From Chiloscyllium plagiosum (Eukaryota), in assembly GCF_004010195.1 (NCBI RefSeq), contig NC_057719.1:31384370-31448369 (forward strand): DNA of 64,000 bases. Reading direction: 5' to 3'. The notes beneath the pieces are model-generated. The model ran no database searches, was not told the DNA's origin, and saw nothing but the letters and a program-made list of their open reading frames with translations. Shown here piece by piece: positions 50,191 to 64,000 of this stretch (within the stretch, counting starts at the first letter, position 1; each line of letters opens with the position of its first letter). A program made the position numbers and the translations under genes.

Positions 50191-51844
50191 CGGACCACGC
50201 TTTACATCTTTTATGGGCGACCACGCTTTACATCTTTTGGAAATCATCTATTAGATTTATTCTATTAAGCAAGCGATTAATGCTCTTGTTTTTTGTTTTT
50301 TGCTACAGAATTGTCAATGTTTGTTGAAACTCTTAAAATTGGCACCATTTCAGGATGTAATGCAAGTGCAGATTAATATGGAAATTTGTAATGGAGTCTG
50401 CCTCTCATTGCTGTCACGGGATCTGCAATGGACTCCTTACCCACTCTCCCTAACTCAGAAATCACAAATTTAATCGATATGAGACCATTTCCCTATCCAT
50501 TCTCTAATGCTGTTAAAGCCTCACTAAATGTTAAACCCAGTTCAGTCAGAAGTAACTGGATTTAAATAGTCATTTAGGTAACAACTATTATTGGATAAGC
50601 GATCTGTGGGGGAGAAAATAAAGTATAATTGTAATGCATTGTTAAATATCCTTTTTAACATTTTCATAAGCTTTCATTATCTATCTTAACCCTGTCTGTG
50701 CATCTCAATCTGTATTGTACAAAAAATGTTTAAAAGGTAGTTTGATGTGCTTTTTATTTTCTTTTAGTGAAAATTCTTGAAAGTGATTGAGGAGTATGAC
50801 ATTACAGCAGTTGCACATTGCAATCTCCATTGAAAAATTCTGCAGTTCTCCACATGATGAGACACTATATTTCTTGCTATAGAAATTGCTAGATTTGAGG
50901 ACAGCAATGAACATCTATTCCTGAGTACCCATTTTTCATTACTGACTGCAAAATCTGATGCGTAATACCCTTTTCATTAAGCTGTGTTTCTGCTATTTTC
51001 AGTGTTATTGTTCTGTCTTGCAATGAACTTTCAAATTCGTATTATTTTAAATGTACTTCGCATTTGAATGCATAATTTTTTGGTGAAATTGCTGCCTTTC
51101 TACTTTTTTTGTGGCTCACAGCTTATGTATGTATGCCTCTATTGAATGTGTCCACATCTATGTGAGAAGTTTTTTCTACCCGTATGATCAATTTCATTTG
51201 AAATCTACCTTTCTCCTGGTCTCTTTCCCCCATCGTATAATTTTCTATTGTTTTCAATTGTACTTTATAGTCCTCGCAAATGTTAGTTGCTGCTTAATTT
51301 TGCACAACCCAATTCTCCCATCCCAATCCTTTTGTTTTGCAATTACTCCCAACAATTTATGAAGATAGCACTGTTGTTTTTATATCAGGTTGCCAATCAA
51401 TTTATATCCTTGATTTTTCTGGTGTATGCTCTATACAGAAAAACAAAGCCTAGGAAACAGTTTTTTAAATTCATATATTTTGAGATGAAATGAGCTTTCT
51501 AATTATAACTTTTAAGTGCCTTATATTGTTGCTGTTCTAACTTTGTTTCCCAGACTCCTTTGCTGAATATATTGTTTCAAATGTTCCTAAAAAGTAATAA
51601 CTAATTTTGTAGTTGCTGTTGTATGTACAAGATATTGGTAAGGCCACATTTAGAGAACTGTATAACTGTATACAATTCTGGTCATAGGAAAGATGTTATT
51701 AAACTGGAAAGGGTGTAAAAATATTTATAAGCATGTTACAGAGACTGGAATGTCGAGTGAGTTATATGGAGAGGCTGGATAGGCTGGAACTTTTCTTGGA
51801 GGAGGAGCATAGGAGGTTGAGGGGTGACCTTATAAAGGTTTATA

Positions 51845-54040
51845 GAACAGTACAGCACAATACAGGCCCTTTGGCCCACAATGTTGTGCCTACCTTTTAT
51901 CCTACTCTAAGGTCAAGCTAACCTATGTACCTTTCATTTGCTATCATCTATGTGCCTATCCAAGAGTTGCTTAAATGCCCCTAATGTATCTGACTCCACT
52001 ACCACTCGGCAGTGCATTCCATGTGTCCACCACTCTTTATATGTAAAGAACCTATCTCTGACATCTCCCTTAAACCTTCCTCCAATTGCCTTAAAATTAT
52101 GCCCCCTCGAGATAGCTATTTCTGTCCTGGGAAAATGTCTCTAGCTATCCACTGTATTTTTGCCTCTCATTATCTTGTACACCTCTATCAAGTCACCTCT
52201 CATCCTTCTTCACACCAATGAGAAAAGCCCTAGCTCCCACAACCTTTCTTCATAAGACGTGCCCTCCAGTCTAGACAGCATCATGGTCAATCTCCCCTGT
52301 GCCCTCTCTAAAGCTTCCACATCCTTTCTATAATGAGGCAACCAGAATTGATCACAATATTCCAAGTGTGGTCTAACGAATACTTTATAGAGCTGCAGTA
52401 TAACTTCATGGCTGTTAAACTCAATCCCCCTGCAAATGAAAGCCAACACACCATATGTCGCTTTAACAATCCTATCAACTTGAGTGGCAAATTTGAGGGA
52501 TCTATGGACTTGGACCTCACGGCTCTACCTTCATCAATATGTTTTATCCCATCCTCTCAGAATTCACGAAGGCTTGTGAGGCATGACCTGCCCCCGACAA
52601 AGCCTTGCTGACTACCTTTAATCAAACATAGCTTTTCCAATTAATCATAAATCCTGTCTCTCAGAATCCTCTTCAATAATTCGCTCACCACCGACATAGG
52701 ACTGACTAGTCTATAATTCCCAGGGTTATCCCTATTCCCTTTCATGAACAATGGAATAGCATTTGCCATCCTCCAATCATCTGGTATGACTCCAGTGGAC
52801 AGTGAGGATGGGAAAATCATCGCCAAAGGCGCAGCAGTCATTTCCTGTAGTAACCTTGGATATATGCTGTCTGGCCCAGGGGACTTTTCTATCCTCGTGT
52901 TTCAAACTGTTCAAGCATATCAGCCTGTTTCATGCTGTCCTCACAAACGACAAAGTCCCTCTCACTAGTGAATACTGAAGCAAAATATTCATTAAGGATC
53001 TCCCTTACCCCCTCTGACTCCAGGCTCAAGTTCCCTCCACTATCCCTGATCAGCCCTACCCTCACGCTGGCCATCCTCCTGTTCCTCACGTAAGTATAGA
53101 ATGCCTTGGGGGTTTTCCTTAATCCTACTTACCAAGGCTTTTTCATGCCCCCTTCTAGCTCCCCTAAGTCCATTCTTCAGTTCCTTCCTGGCTACCTTCT
53201 AGCTGTCTAGAGCCCTGTCTGATTCTTGCATCCTCAACCTTAAGTAATCTTCCTTTTTCCTCTTGACTAGATGTTCCACATCTCTTGTCATCCAAGGTTC
53301 TTTTACCCTATCATCCCTTCCTTGCCTCAGTGGGGCTCAGTCCAGCACTCACAGCAAATGCTCCGTAAACACCCTCCACGTTTCTGTTGTGCATTTCCCT
53401 AAGAATCTCTGTTCCCAATTTATGCTCCCCAGTTCCGGCCTAATAGCATGTAATTCCCCCTCCCCCAATTAAATACTTTCCCATACCCTCTGCTCCTTTC
53501 CTTTTCCATGACTATAGTCAAGGTCAGGGATTTGTGATCCCTGTCACCGAAATACTCTCCCGCCGAGAGATCTGATACCTGACCTGGTTCATTGCCAAGC
53601 ACCAAATCCAACATGGCCTCCCCTTTAATTGGCCTATCTACATATTGAGTCAGGAATTCTTCCAGTACACCCCTGACAAAATCTGTTCCATCCAAACTAT
53701 TTGCACTAAGGAGGTTCCAATCAATATTTAGGAAGTTGAAGTCACCCATAACAACAACCCTGTTACTTCTGCACCTTTCCAAATTCTGCCCCCAATCTGC
53801 TCCTCTGTGTTTCTGTTGCTGTTGGAGGGTGTATAGAAGACTCCCAATAAAGTGACTGCATCTTTTCTGATTCTGATTTTCATCCATACTGACTCAGTAG
53901 ACAAACCATCCTCAACAAACTCTTATTGCAGCTGTGATACTATCCCTGATTAGCAATGCCACTCCCTCACATCTTACCACCTCCTCTATTCCTTTTGAAA
54001 CATCTAAACCACAGAACATCCAACAGCCATTTCTGCCCCT
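51845..54040 (-). mobile_element. CR1 LINE nested in a + strand CR1 3' end (host ~51600-54400)
   Basis: VVVMGDFNFLNIDW, IPDDWRMANAIPLFMKG, QLYKVFVRPHLEYC; flanked by GTTTATA at 51838-51844 and 54041-54047, where the host CR1 resumes. Confidence 0.8.
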
Positions 54041-54959
54041 GTTTATAAAATCATGAGGGGCATAGATTAAAGGAATAGCCAAGGTCTTTTGCCAAGGGTA
54101 GAGGAATTCAAAACTAAAGTGCATGGGCTTGAGGTGCGAGGTGAGAGATTTAAAAGGGTTCTGAGGAGCAACTTGTTCTCAAAGAGGGTGGTGGATATAC
54201 GGAATGAGCTGCCAGAGGAAGTGATAGCAACGGGTTGAATTACAACATTTTAGAAGACATTTGGCCAGGTTCATGGATAGGAAAAGTTTAGAGGGATATG
54301 CACCAAACACAGGCAAATGGGACTAGTTAGTTTAGGAAACTTGTTCTGCATGGATGAGTTTGGCTGAAGGGCTTGTTTCTTGGTATAACTCTGACTGTGT
54401 TTTAATTAACTTGAGATAATTAATTTGTTCTAAACAATAACAGGTGGCTATGAACTGAATTTCTTGGATAAATTGAAAATAGTACAGCAGTGCTAGAAGA
54501 TGGTGGATTCAAATTTGCTAAATCAACTACTTGAACTATATTATAATACGAAAGCTGTGAATGTCGTAGCAAATGAGAAACTGGACACAGTTTCACATTT
54601 ATTTGCCCATGGCTAACCATTGAGGTGTTTTAATAGCAGCTGTTTTAACAGGCCCATGTGAAGAGCTTGACAGTTGGTAATTACATATTGTAGGATAAGA
54701 TCAAGTTGGTTGCTGAGTAAATTGAGAAGATAGGTTTCAATCTGTCCAATGGTTGGTTGCAATTCAAGAAACAATTCAGCATTCTGTTTTCTACAGTATG
54801 TTGATGGCAGTAGAATGATGCTATCTGATTGGATTGTGAACCAACTGGCTCTGAGCTCTTAATATTATTAGCTGGCGATCTACAATACTTTGTTCATAAA
54901 GTTGCAAATTTTAAAATACTTCTTAATTAAAATGAGTGTGTTCTATGTTTTAATTGTAG

Positions 54960-55091
54960 GTCTTGGAGTCATTTACACAGCGCCTCCTCAAGGCTGGAGC
55001 CCTAATTCATAAAGATATAGCAAATTTAACCAAATATCAAATAGTTCTGTCACGGGAACAGTTTAGAAAAAATCCTCCAGCAAACATTATG
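54960..55091 (+). CDS. FANCM: FANCM coding exon 5
   Basis: ttgtag acceptor; 132 bp; VLESFTQRLLKAGALIHKDIANLTKYQIVLSREQFRKNPPANIM (LTKYQI..R.QFRKNP is typical of FANCM); donor gtaaat. Confidence 0.93.
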
Positions 55092-56599
55092 GTAAATAGC
55101 TACTCTTTATCATCATAACATATTTAATAAGTTATATAGCACGTATAACTAATCCTTTAGTGTCATTTTTTAATGATACAACACTACGTTTATTTACATC
55201 ACTTGGACTGCAGTGTTTCAAAGAGCGGGCTTATGATCACCTTCTCGTGGACAATTATTGATGAGCGATACTAATGGCAATATTCCAAGCATGAATTTCA
55301 AAAATAAGTTAATTTTCAATGCCAGCGAGGTTGCTTGGTAGTAAGAATTATCATGCTGTATATAATTTTTAAAAATGTACTCTTGCATGAGCAAGGCCTA
55401 ATGTTTCTAGTACAAAAATAGAAAAACTAGAAGTCTAGCAGCATCTGTGGAGAGAAAGCAGAGTTAACATTTTGTGTTCAGTGACCCTTCCTCAGAGCTG
55501 ATTTTCAGAATTGATGTACCTACATTTTCCTGTCTAAAATCAGTTCTGAGAAAGGGTTATTGAACCTGAAACATTCTCTATTTTCTCTCTACAGATGCTT
55601 TTGCACCTGCAGACTTTTCAAGCAGTTTCTTTGTTTCTTTCTTATTAATGCATGATGTACCTTTCTTTACAATGAGATGATTTTGACCTTGAAATTCATC
55701 CTTTATCAGCATTAATAGCATCGTTGATTGTAAAGGTAAGGTGGGTTGGGCATGTAATTTGAACCAATCTCCAATTGGTGATTGGTAGTGTTTTAAAAGA
55801 AGTAGTTATGTTTTGTTTTAAGCTTTATTATCTTCTCACAATTTGTAAAAGTGTTTACGAAGAAGTGTATTCACTCTTAAGTGTATGTGGAAAGAATGGG
55901 GTTTAGTTCTCTATTGTGGCACATACTGGTAGGTGTGCAAGTTATTGGGACTCTGGCTTAGGTCCATGACATTGAGCTGAACATGGATATGGTGGCAAAC
56001 TAATGTAAATTTGGGTGATGTGGGCTCACCACCAGGTCATGTGGCAATGGCAATCAAGAAGCCTGTCTCTCACCTGCAAGCTGTGCAGGAGCTTTTACAT
56101 ATTAAAGGGGCAACCAGTTCAGTACTGCATTTCCTCTTGCAGGATTTTTAAGGAAGCTCTGCAATTTGAATCTCCTGATCCAAATTTCTATTGCTCCGGC
56201 ATTTCAAAAAGTCTTTCTGAATCCCAGGGAGCAGATTCTTCTCAGTCAAATCAGTCGGTTGCATCAGCAGGTTTAACTGGGGTCTGAGATATCATAGTCC
56301 AGCTGGTATATCTCCTCTGTTGCTGAAGGATGAAGTAGGGCTGCTCCCTAAGTGTGCTGTCCTTAGTAACTAATCTGTGATGTCACTTTTTAGTGGACAG
56401 TCTATCTGCATATCAGCTTATGCAACCCCTTGAAATTTTACGCCCAGTGCTTCCGTGTTCTTAATTTCCTACCTGTGGCTCTGCCCTGTAGTTTCAGCTC
56501 AGCACGTTTTTACACAAAAGAAGTCTCGATGTCAATCCAGTACCCTGTTACTCTGTTTCCTTGAAGTCCAAAGAACTCTGTATTTCAGGGAAGCCACAC

Positions 56600-59140
56600 A
56601 TCACCTGCTTTGACTCTGCATCTGACAGAAAGCTTTGAGGGCAGATAAGAGGGATCTCCCCGGACAATGACACAAGTGAAACATTTCTTCCTATCTTCCC
56701 TTTAGCCTGTGAATTTGCCACTGAACTTCGAGGAGTTTATTTCCAGGGCTGACCTCTATCATCTCCTGAAGACCTTCCTTTCATAATTTTTCACTTCACT
56801 GTTCCCCAGCCCCACAAGGCCCTCTTCTACGTTCTTCCCAAAGTCCACAAACAGCACTGCCTAGGCAGATGCATTGTTTCCATCTGTCCCGGTCCCCCTG
56901 AAGTTGCTTCTTCCTATCTTGACCCTATTTTATTTCTCCTTATCTAGTCACTTCCCATTGCATTTGTCATTCTTCTGATGCTTTGCATCAGTTTCATAGT
57001 TTCTAGATTCTGACTCCAGTTGCTGCCTCTGCACCAGAGTTGCATAGTCTTTCTACACCTCTACTCCCAATCTGAAGGGTCTGAATGCTGTCTGCCTTTC
57101 CTTTGAAAAGAGGCCTGATAGGGATCTGCATCAACCACTACCCACCTTTGACCTGGTTGATCTTGTACTTTGAACAGTTTCTTCTTTAATTTGCTTCACT
57201 TTGTCAAAGAGAAAGGTTTGACTATGGCTACCTGCATGTGACCCAGTTATACTTGTCTCTTTTGATTGGTATTTGGAACAATTCAGTTCTACTTGGTTCT
57301 ACTCCCACAACTGTTTCACTGTTACATTCAATAACATTATTGGTACATCTTCCTGATTGCTCCTTCACCTGATCCATCTCTGACACTGGCTTGATTTCTC
57401 TTTCCATTTTTGGGGATAGGCTGCCCACTAAAATCCATTATAAATCCACTGCCACAGTTGCATTGACTATGCTTCCTTATGTCCTGCTTCCTGTAAAATT
57501 CTATCCCATTTTCTTGGTTCTCCATCTCTGTGACATCTGTTACAATGATGCTACCTTCTATAGGAGTGCCTTTGATATGTCGTTTTTTCCCTTAACTGAG
57601 GAAACTCCACATCCCCACCCGACCACCACCTTTTTTTTGTGTGGTTGATAGGGCCCTCAACTGACTTTTTTTTTGCACTTCTGCTCTCATCCCTTCCCCT
57701 CTCTAAGACTATAAGACATAGGAGCAGAAATTAGGACATTGGGCCCATTGAATCTGCTTTGCCATTTAATCATGGCTGAAAAGTTTCTCAACTTCAATCT
57801 CCTGCTTTCTCCCTGTAGCCTTTGATCCCCTTGATAATCAAGAACCTATCTATCTGTGTCTTAGCTATACTCAATGACCTGGCCTCCACAGCCTTCTGTG
57901 GCAATGCATTCCACAAATTCACCACTCTCTGCCTGAAGACGTTTCTCCTCATTTCTGTTCTAAAACGTGTTCCCTTTATTCTAAAGCTGTGCCCTCAGGT
58001 CCTTCCCAATGTCCACTCTGTCCAGGCTGTTCAGTATTCTGTATGTTTCAATTAGATCCCCCCTCATCCTTCTAAATTCCATCGAGTACAGAACCAAAGT
58101 CCTCAAACATTTCTCATGTCTTAAGCCTTTCAATCTTGGAATTATTCTCGTGAACCTCCTCTGGACTTGCTCCAGGGCCAGTGCATCCTTCCTGAAGCAT
58201 GGGGACCAAACTTGCTCACATTATTTTAAATGTGACCTTATAAAGCTTCAGAAGTACATCCCTGCTATTCTGTCATAGTCCTTTTGAAATGAATGCCAAC
58301 AATACATTTGTCTTCCTAACTACTGACTCAATTTGCAAGTTTACCTTGAGAGAATCCTGGATTAGGGCTCCCAGGTCCCTTTGCACTTCAGACTTCTGAA
58401 TTTTCTCCTCATTTAGAAAATAGTCCATGTTTCTATTCTTCCTACCAAAATGCATGAACACACAATTTCCCATGCTGTAATCTATCTGCCACTTTTTTGC
58501 CCTAACCTGTCTAAACCCTTCTGCAGCCTCCTCGATTTCTCAATACAGTTTGTCCCTCTACGTGTCTTTGTATCATCTGCAAACTTAATCAGAATACTCT
58601 CAGTTGCTTCGTCCAGATCATTAATATATAAAATGAAAAGAACAGTGATCATATTCCCCTACTCATTTCCTCACCCAGCAGTCTCTGCTGTCAAAGGATT
58701 GTCCTCTGCCAATTCCAGCAGGATCACCACTAAACATACACTTTCATTATCCCCCTGTCAGCATTCTGCAGTTACCATAAACTGTACAATATTCGGGTTC
58801 CTTCCTTCACTCCTTACACCACTCTTCTCGTGTGTATTCTGACACCCCCAAGCTGTAGTTTGTGCATAGGCAGAGTTAACCTATTTTCTACTCTGAGCAC
58901 CTACTATTAACACCTTTTCATCTATATCCCTTCCTTCTCTACTACCATTAGCTCTCTCTTTGCCTTTAGCAATAAGGTGCTTTTCACATCTGTTACACTT
59001 ACCCCCATTTTCCACAGCATAAAAAGCATCTTTTTAAGCTCGCTTCCATTCTAAAGATGAATCAAATTGGACTTGAAGTGTTAATTCTTCATAAATGCTG
59101 CTAGATTTGCAGAGTTTTTTTCAGCAGTTCGTTTTTATAC
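56600..59140 (+). mobile_element. Highly degenerate Penelope-like element interrupted by a CR1 (57710-58630, -)
   Basis: LPKVHK..LGR.IVS-like RT segment near 56830, IHYKST near 57430, and a terminal motif near 59050. Confidence 0.5.
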
Positions 59141-59473
59141 CAGCTGTCATTGGGTGAATTACCCAAGATACAATAGGTCTTTGAGTTTCAGTAAATTGGG
59201 ATGGCAAATAAAATTGCAATTATATAATATATGTGGGCAATTAAGCAAAGCAGCGAGTCTCCTGCTACTAATGTGTAAGATGCTGCCAATTAAACTCCTC
59301 TTGTGCCTTCATTCTTGCTCATCCCAGCAGGTTCTACACAATTCAGCCTACCAGTTGAAATCATGTACACTGTCTAAGCCTATTACCTATTCCTACAATG
59401 GTAGACATCTGTTGGTAATAAGTGCTATCAAGTGCTTCTCATTCTACTGATGTAATTTTCATGAATGTTTCAG

Positions 59474-59606
59474 GGAACTCAACGAGGTATGGTGGAAGGA
59501 GATTATGCTCTTTGTATTAGTCTTTATCATGGTTATGAACTTCTGTTACAAATGGGAATGCGATCATTGTACAGCTACCTGGAAGGCATTCTGGATGGAT
59601 CCAAAG
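59474..59606 (+). CDS. FANCM: FANCM coding exon 6; gene continues beyond the window
   Basis: tttcag acceptor; 133 bp; GTQRGMVEGDYALCISLYHGYELLLQMGMRSLYSYLEGILDGSK-G; donor gtaatg. Confidence 0.94.
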
Positions 59607-59699
59607 GTAATGACCCAAAGCAGCACAGTAATTTACAATAGCTTACTTAATTGGTCATGGCATTTACTTTGCAATAGACAGTCAGTATAGACTTGTGGA

Positions 59700-60740
59700 G
59701 AGAAGTTTCTTAGTGGCATCTGTTCTGATGGTGCCACAACAGCAAGGGTGCCTCAGAAATGACCCACTTCTTTCTCAACTAAAGATTCCCTGCCAGTATA
59801 GTTGACAGGACCCTTAGCTATGTCTGACCCATTTCCCACATTTCTACCCTCACCTTTCTCCTCCCCCCCCCAACACAGATAGTGTACCCCGGTCCTCACT
59901 TTCCACTCTACTAGCATCAGCATCCAAAGGATCATAAGCCAGCATTTTAGCAACCTCCAGCAGGATGTCACCACCAGAAGCATTCTCCTCCTCTTCCTTG
60001 TCAGCATTCTGCAATAGCCATTTCCTCCAGTACACTGTAGTCCATTCCTCCATCCTAGCATTTCCCCACATCTGCATGGCTCTTTTCCATGCAATTGCAG
60101 AAATGATAACATATTTCCATTTACTCCCCCACCATCCCCCCCCTCAAAATACAAGATCCATACATGCCATTCAGGGCTGCAGTGATTTACTATACTTCGT
60201 TGTATCTAGTCTATTGTATTTGGTGCTTACAACTGGGGAGCCGAAAAATAGACTGGGTGACCCTTTGCGGCATCTATGTTCTGTCCATAAGAATGAACCT
60301 GAGCTTCCATTTGCCCTACCACTTCAACACACCACTGTGTTCCCTGCCACTATTTCTGTCTAAGTCCTGTTGCAGTACACCAGTGTAGCTCAGTGCAAGC
60401 TGGAAGAACAACATCTCATTTTCTGCTTCAGGATTGTGTAGCCTTCAAGACTAAAATTCAATAATTTTAGAGCATGAGCACCACCTTTCATGTCCTTCAC
60501 CCATCCACAGATCCCAGGTCCTGTAATGATGTGGGCTGCTTTCAATGTAGCCAATCGATTATCACCTACTCATGGTCCCCTTTATCAACTTTTTCTCCTT
60601 CCCTGGCTTACTTTCAATCATGCCTTTGTCTAACTTCCTAAGAAGAGTCAGTGGTATCGAAAGGTAAACTCTGTTTTATTGCCATAAATGATGCCAGACA
60701 TGCTGGGTTTCTCTAACAATTTCTGTTTTTATTTCAGGAT
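59700..60740 (+). mobile_element. Degenerate Penelope-like 3' region (GIY-YIG-like end plus terminal motif)
   Basis: LVLTFH-like and TGEPKNRLGD-like segments, RKLEEQHLIF-like sequence near 60395, terminal motif near 60640-60735. Confidence 0.55.
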
Positions 60741-63700
60741 GTTGGACATGTGCTGATTAGTGTGGAAAACTTGAAATTTCAGTTTATCCCTGCTGCTTGC
60801 ACTGTTTTTCTGTCCAAGCCATTGAAATCAACAAGAACTTCATTTCCATTTCCATGTCACTATTAGAAATACCATTGAAAATTAGCATCTCATACAGTCA
60901 GGTGTAATTGATTTTCAATCTGATGAATAACTGTACTGGTTCTAAAAAATAATTTTGCTGTGGAATCCTATTAAATAATTTAGATCTTTTTGGCTAAATT
61001 TTTAAAATTAGTTTGATGTTTTTGAGTATTTTAGTTTCTACCTTCCCCTTATATATCCCAATTTTTTATTGTATGTAGAGCAAATTATCGCTTTTAATTG
61101 CCTTGTTGTATGTGAAATCTTTCAACTTGATTGTCATCAAGCTGCCCAGGCAGTCTGATGTAATTGCTCCAGCTTCAGTACAGTATGTTATGAACAATTG
61201 CCATATCACTGCTCAGCGACAGAGGCAAAATTCTCACTAGAGTTGGTAGCATGCTCAAGGAAAGTTACTTAAAAATCAGTGGTTTGGTGCTGACTGCATT
61301 TTTAATTATTTCTTTCACGTGACATTCTTCCAGTTCTGATATATGAATCCAGTTAAACTGATTACAACTCTAAATAGACTTGGAGCAAAATATATTTTTT
61401 AAATGAATAGCTGATTTAAGACAATAATGTAAAAGCATACGGAAATAATTAAATATTGAGAAATTGTTTAGGAGCTGCAGGAGGAAGTGATGCCACAGTG
61501 TACTATCTCATGGACTAGTAATTTTGATCCCCAGCCTAATGGGGTCTTTAGTTTAAATCCCAACGTGGCAGATAGTGAACTTTTATTTCAAACGATCTGG
61601 CTTTAAAAGTTAGCTTTAACGATGATCATGTATCCGTTGTCAATTGTAAAAATCCTTCTGGTCCACAAATATCAGGAAAATAAATCTTCCCCTTTATCTT
61701 GTTTGGCCTACATGTGACTCCACAGATGCACAGTTTTGTGGATGTCATTTCACTGTCTCTGAAATGGTCTAGCAAGTCCCTCTGTAATATTAAATTGCTA
61801 CAAAATCTAACCAATGGAAAGAAACTGGACAGTCCATCTAGGATGGAGCTAGTTGCTAGAACAAAAATAGCAAACCCTAACCTGTCAACCCTGAATCATC
61901 CTCCTTCGTATTATCTATAGGCTGATGCTAAAGTTAGAGAGGTGTCCCTCAAACACATACGGCAGCAGTCTGAAAAGTATGATTCCTTACATATGACCGA
62001 GCCAGACATCACCATGTCGTCTTATCCACTCGTTGTCATACTATCTCACACTCTTCACGGTCTCATGAGCTCCCATTGCTCTTGCAATCTTTTTCTGTCT
62101 ATTTCTCCCCACCTCCAACTTGTATGAATGAATCAGCACATGCTTGTGTTGAACATCTTTTTGAGGAAGCACAAATGGTGTCAAGGACAGTACCCTCTGG
62201 TGGGAGACCCCTAAAGGGCATAGCTGCACGACTGAGTGTGACAGGTAGTGAGGGGAGTAAGAGCAGGGAAGAGTCGACTTGACTTTGTCCTCATCAGCTA
62301 TGTGTTCATGGTGAATCCTCTGACAGTATTGGCTAGAGTGACCATTGCACAGGTTTTATGGAGACTAAGTAGCATCGGGCATGCTTACAAAAGAGGTATG
62401 AACCTGGTAAAACTATGACCCCGGACTACTTGAATATCAAATAGTGGAAGCAGGTACACGCAGGACTATGATCCCACAATCAGTGCATTAAAGTCTGTCC
62501 AGGCTGCATCCAATTGTGAATGGTGGTGGATCAAATAACTGGAGGTGAGGCTCCACAAATATCCCCATCTTCAATGATGGGAAAGCCTATCACATTTGTA
62601 CAAAAGTCAAGTCTGCAGAATTTAAATCTATCTTTAGCGAGAAGTGCTGAGTTGATGATCCATTTCCGCCTCCCTCGAGTTCCCAGAATCATAAATGACA
62701 ATCAAATTCAACCTATTTGATTCGTATCATGTGATATCACAAAATGACTGAAGACGTTGGACTGGGTGCTGATAACAAACTAACAATCTTACAGAACTAT
62801 CTGCACCCCCTAGCCAAGCTGCTGTAGTACAGCTAAAACACTGACGATATGGAAAATTGTCAAAGTCTGCCTTGTGCTGAAAAAGCAGGACCAATCCAAT
62901 CCAGCGTCTTGCTACAGATCTTGATTGTCATTGAAATGATGCATAGGGTTGTTAATAGGACTATCAAGCAGCAATTGCAAAGGTATAATCTGCTCTTTGT
63001 TTTTGGTCAGGCCTGTTAGTTCTTGGTCCAAACATGGATAAAAGTGTTGAACTCCCGAGGAGAGTTGAGAGTGATTGCCCTTGACATCAAAGCAACGTTC
63101 CACCAAATGTGGTATCAAGGAACCATTACTGAAGAAGGGTCACTCGACCAGAAATATTAGCTGTTCTTTCTCTCAACAGATACTGCCAGACCTGTTGAGT
63201 GTTTTTGTTTCTGATTTCTAGCATCAGTTCTTTCTTTTTTTAAAGAGAGAATCTAATCACTGCTCCTTGATATTAGTGGCATCGTTATTACTGGGTATCA
63301 TCATCCTGGGTAGGTTACTGAACTGGGCTAGCCATATGAATAGTGTGGCTACAAGAGCAGGTCAGAGACTAGGAATACTGTGGTGAGTAGCTCAATTTCT
63401 CTTTCCCCAATGTCTGTCCACAATCTACAAGACACAAGTCAGAAGTGCCAGTGGCTTGAGTGAGTGTAGCTTTAGCAACATTCAAGAAGTTTGATCTCAG
63501 CCAGGAGAAAACCATCTGCTTGATTGACACCTTATCCATTATCTTTTGACATACATTTGTTTCACCTCAAATGTGCAGTAACTTTGCCAAGGCCTCTTCA
63601 AGAAATGTCTGACTGCTAATAGTTAAAAATCGCACAACACCAGGTTATAGTCCAAGAGGTTTATTTGGAAGTACGGGCTTTCGGAGCGCTGTTCCTTTGT

Positions 63701-64000
63701 CACGTAGCTATCTGATTTTTAACTTTGTCCACCCCAAACCAACAACAGCACCTCCACATCATTGCTATTAGTTAGAAGAACAAGTGCAGCAGCCACTTGG
63801 CAAAAGCATGACCTGCAATTTTTCCTTCAAGTCATACATCATCTTGACTTGGCACACAATGTTGCCATTCTTTCACTGTTGCTTAGTTAAAAACTTGGAA
63901 AACCCTTCTAAACAGTACAGTAGGTGTAGATATAACATAGAGTATGGTGATTCAAGAAGACAGCTCGAAGACACCTTTAAGGCAAATTGGATGTGCAAGA

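Noticed and set aside
50193..50240. Direct repeat GACCACGCTTTACATCTTTT x2 with a short spacer (CRISPR-like look)
   Set aside because: Only two units in vertebrate DNA; a simple local duplication.
3000..60000. Apparent antisense orientation bias of CR1 copies in FANCM introns
   Set aside because: Several copies are in sense orientation and the sample is too small to support a claim.
59607..64000. Search for FANCM exon 7
   Set aside because: No in-frame FANCM-like exon found; the candidate acceptor near 60738 hits a stop. The exon presumably lies beyond the window.

Overview
Eukaryotic vertebrate genomic DNA. The repeat content (HE1-type tRNA SINEs, abundant CR1 LINEs, Penelope-derived palindromes) points to a shark or ray; this assignment is an inference. 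The + strand carries the 5' part of FANCM (DEAH/Hef-Mph1 helicase): a CpG-rich promoter and coding exons 1-6 (2303-59606), which splice in frame at GT-AG sites, with the gene running off the window end. The main finding lies inside the 33-kb FANCM intron 4: a complete, antisense, five-coding-exon gene (39907->29382, - strand) encoding a 270-aa SOUL/heme-binding-protein family member with an acidic N-terminal extension (most like fish soul4) and its own CpG-rich upstream region. The supplied ORF track misses two of its exons. The rest is mostly transposon debris: CR1 and other LINE fragments, two SINE families, Penelope-like elements (including a ~600-bp fold-back just upstream of the FANCM promoter and short hammerhead-motif palindromes), solo LTRs, pogo/Tigger-like MITEs and several short tandem duplications. 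Exon coordinates were read base by base; repeat boundaries are approximate.
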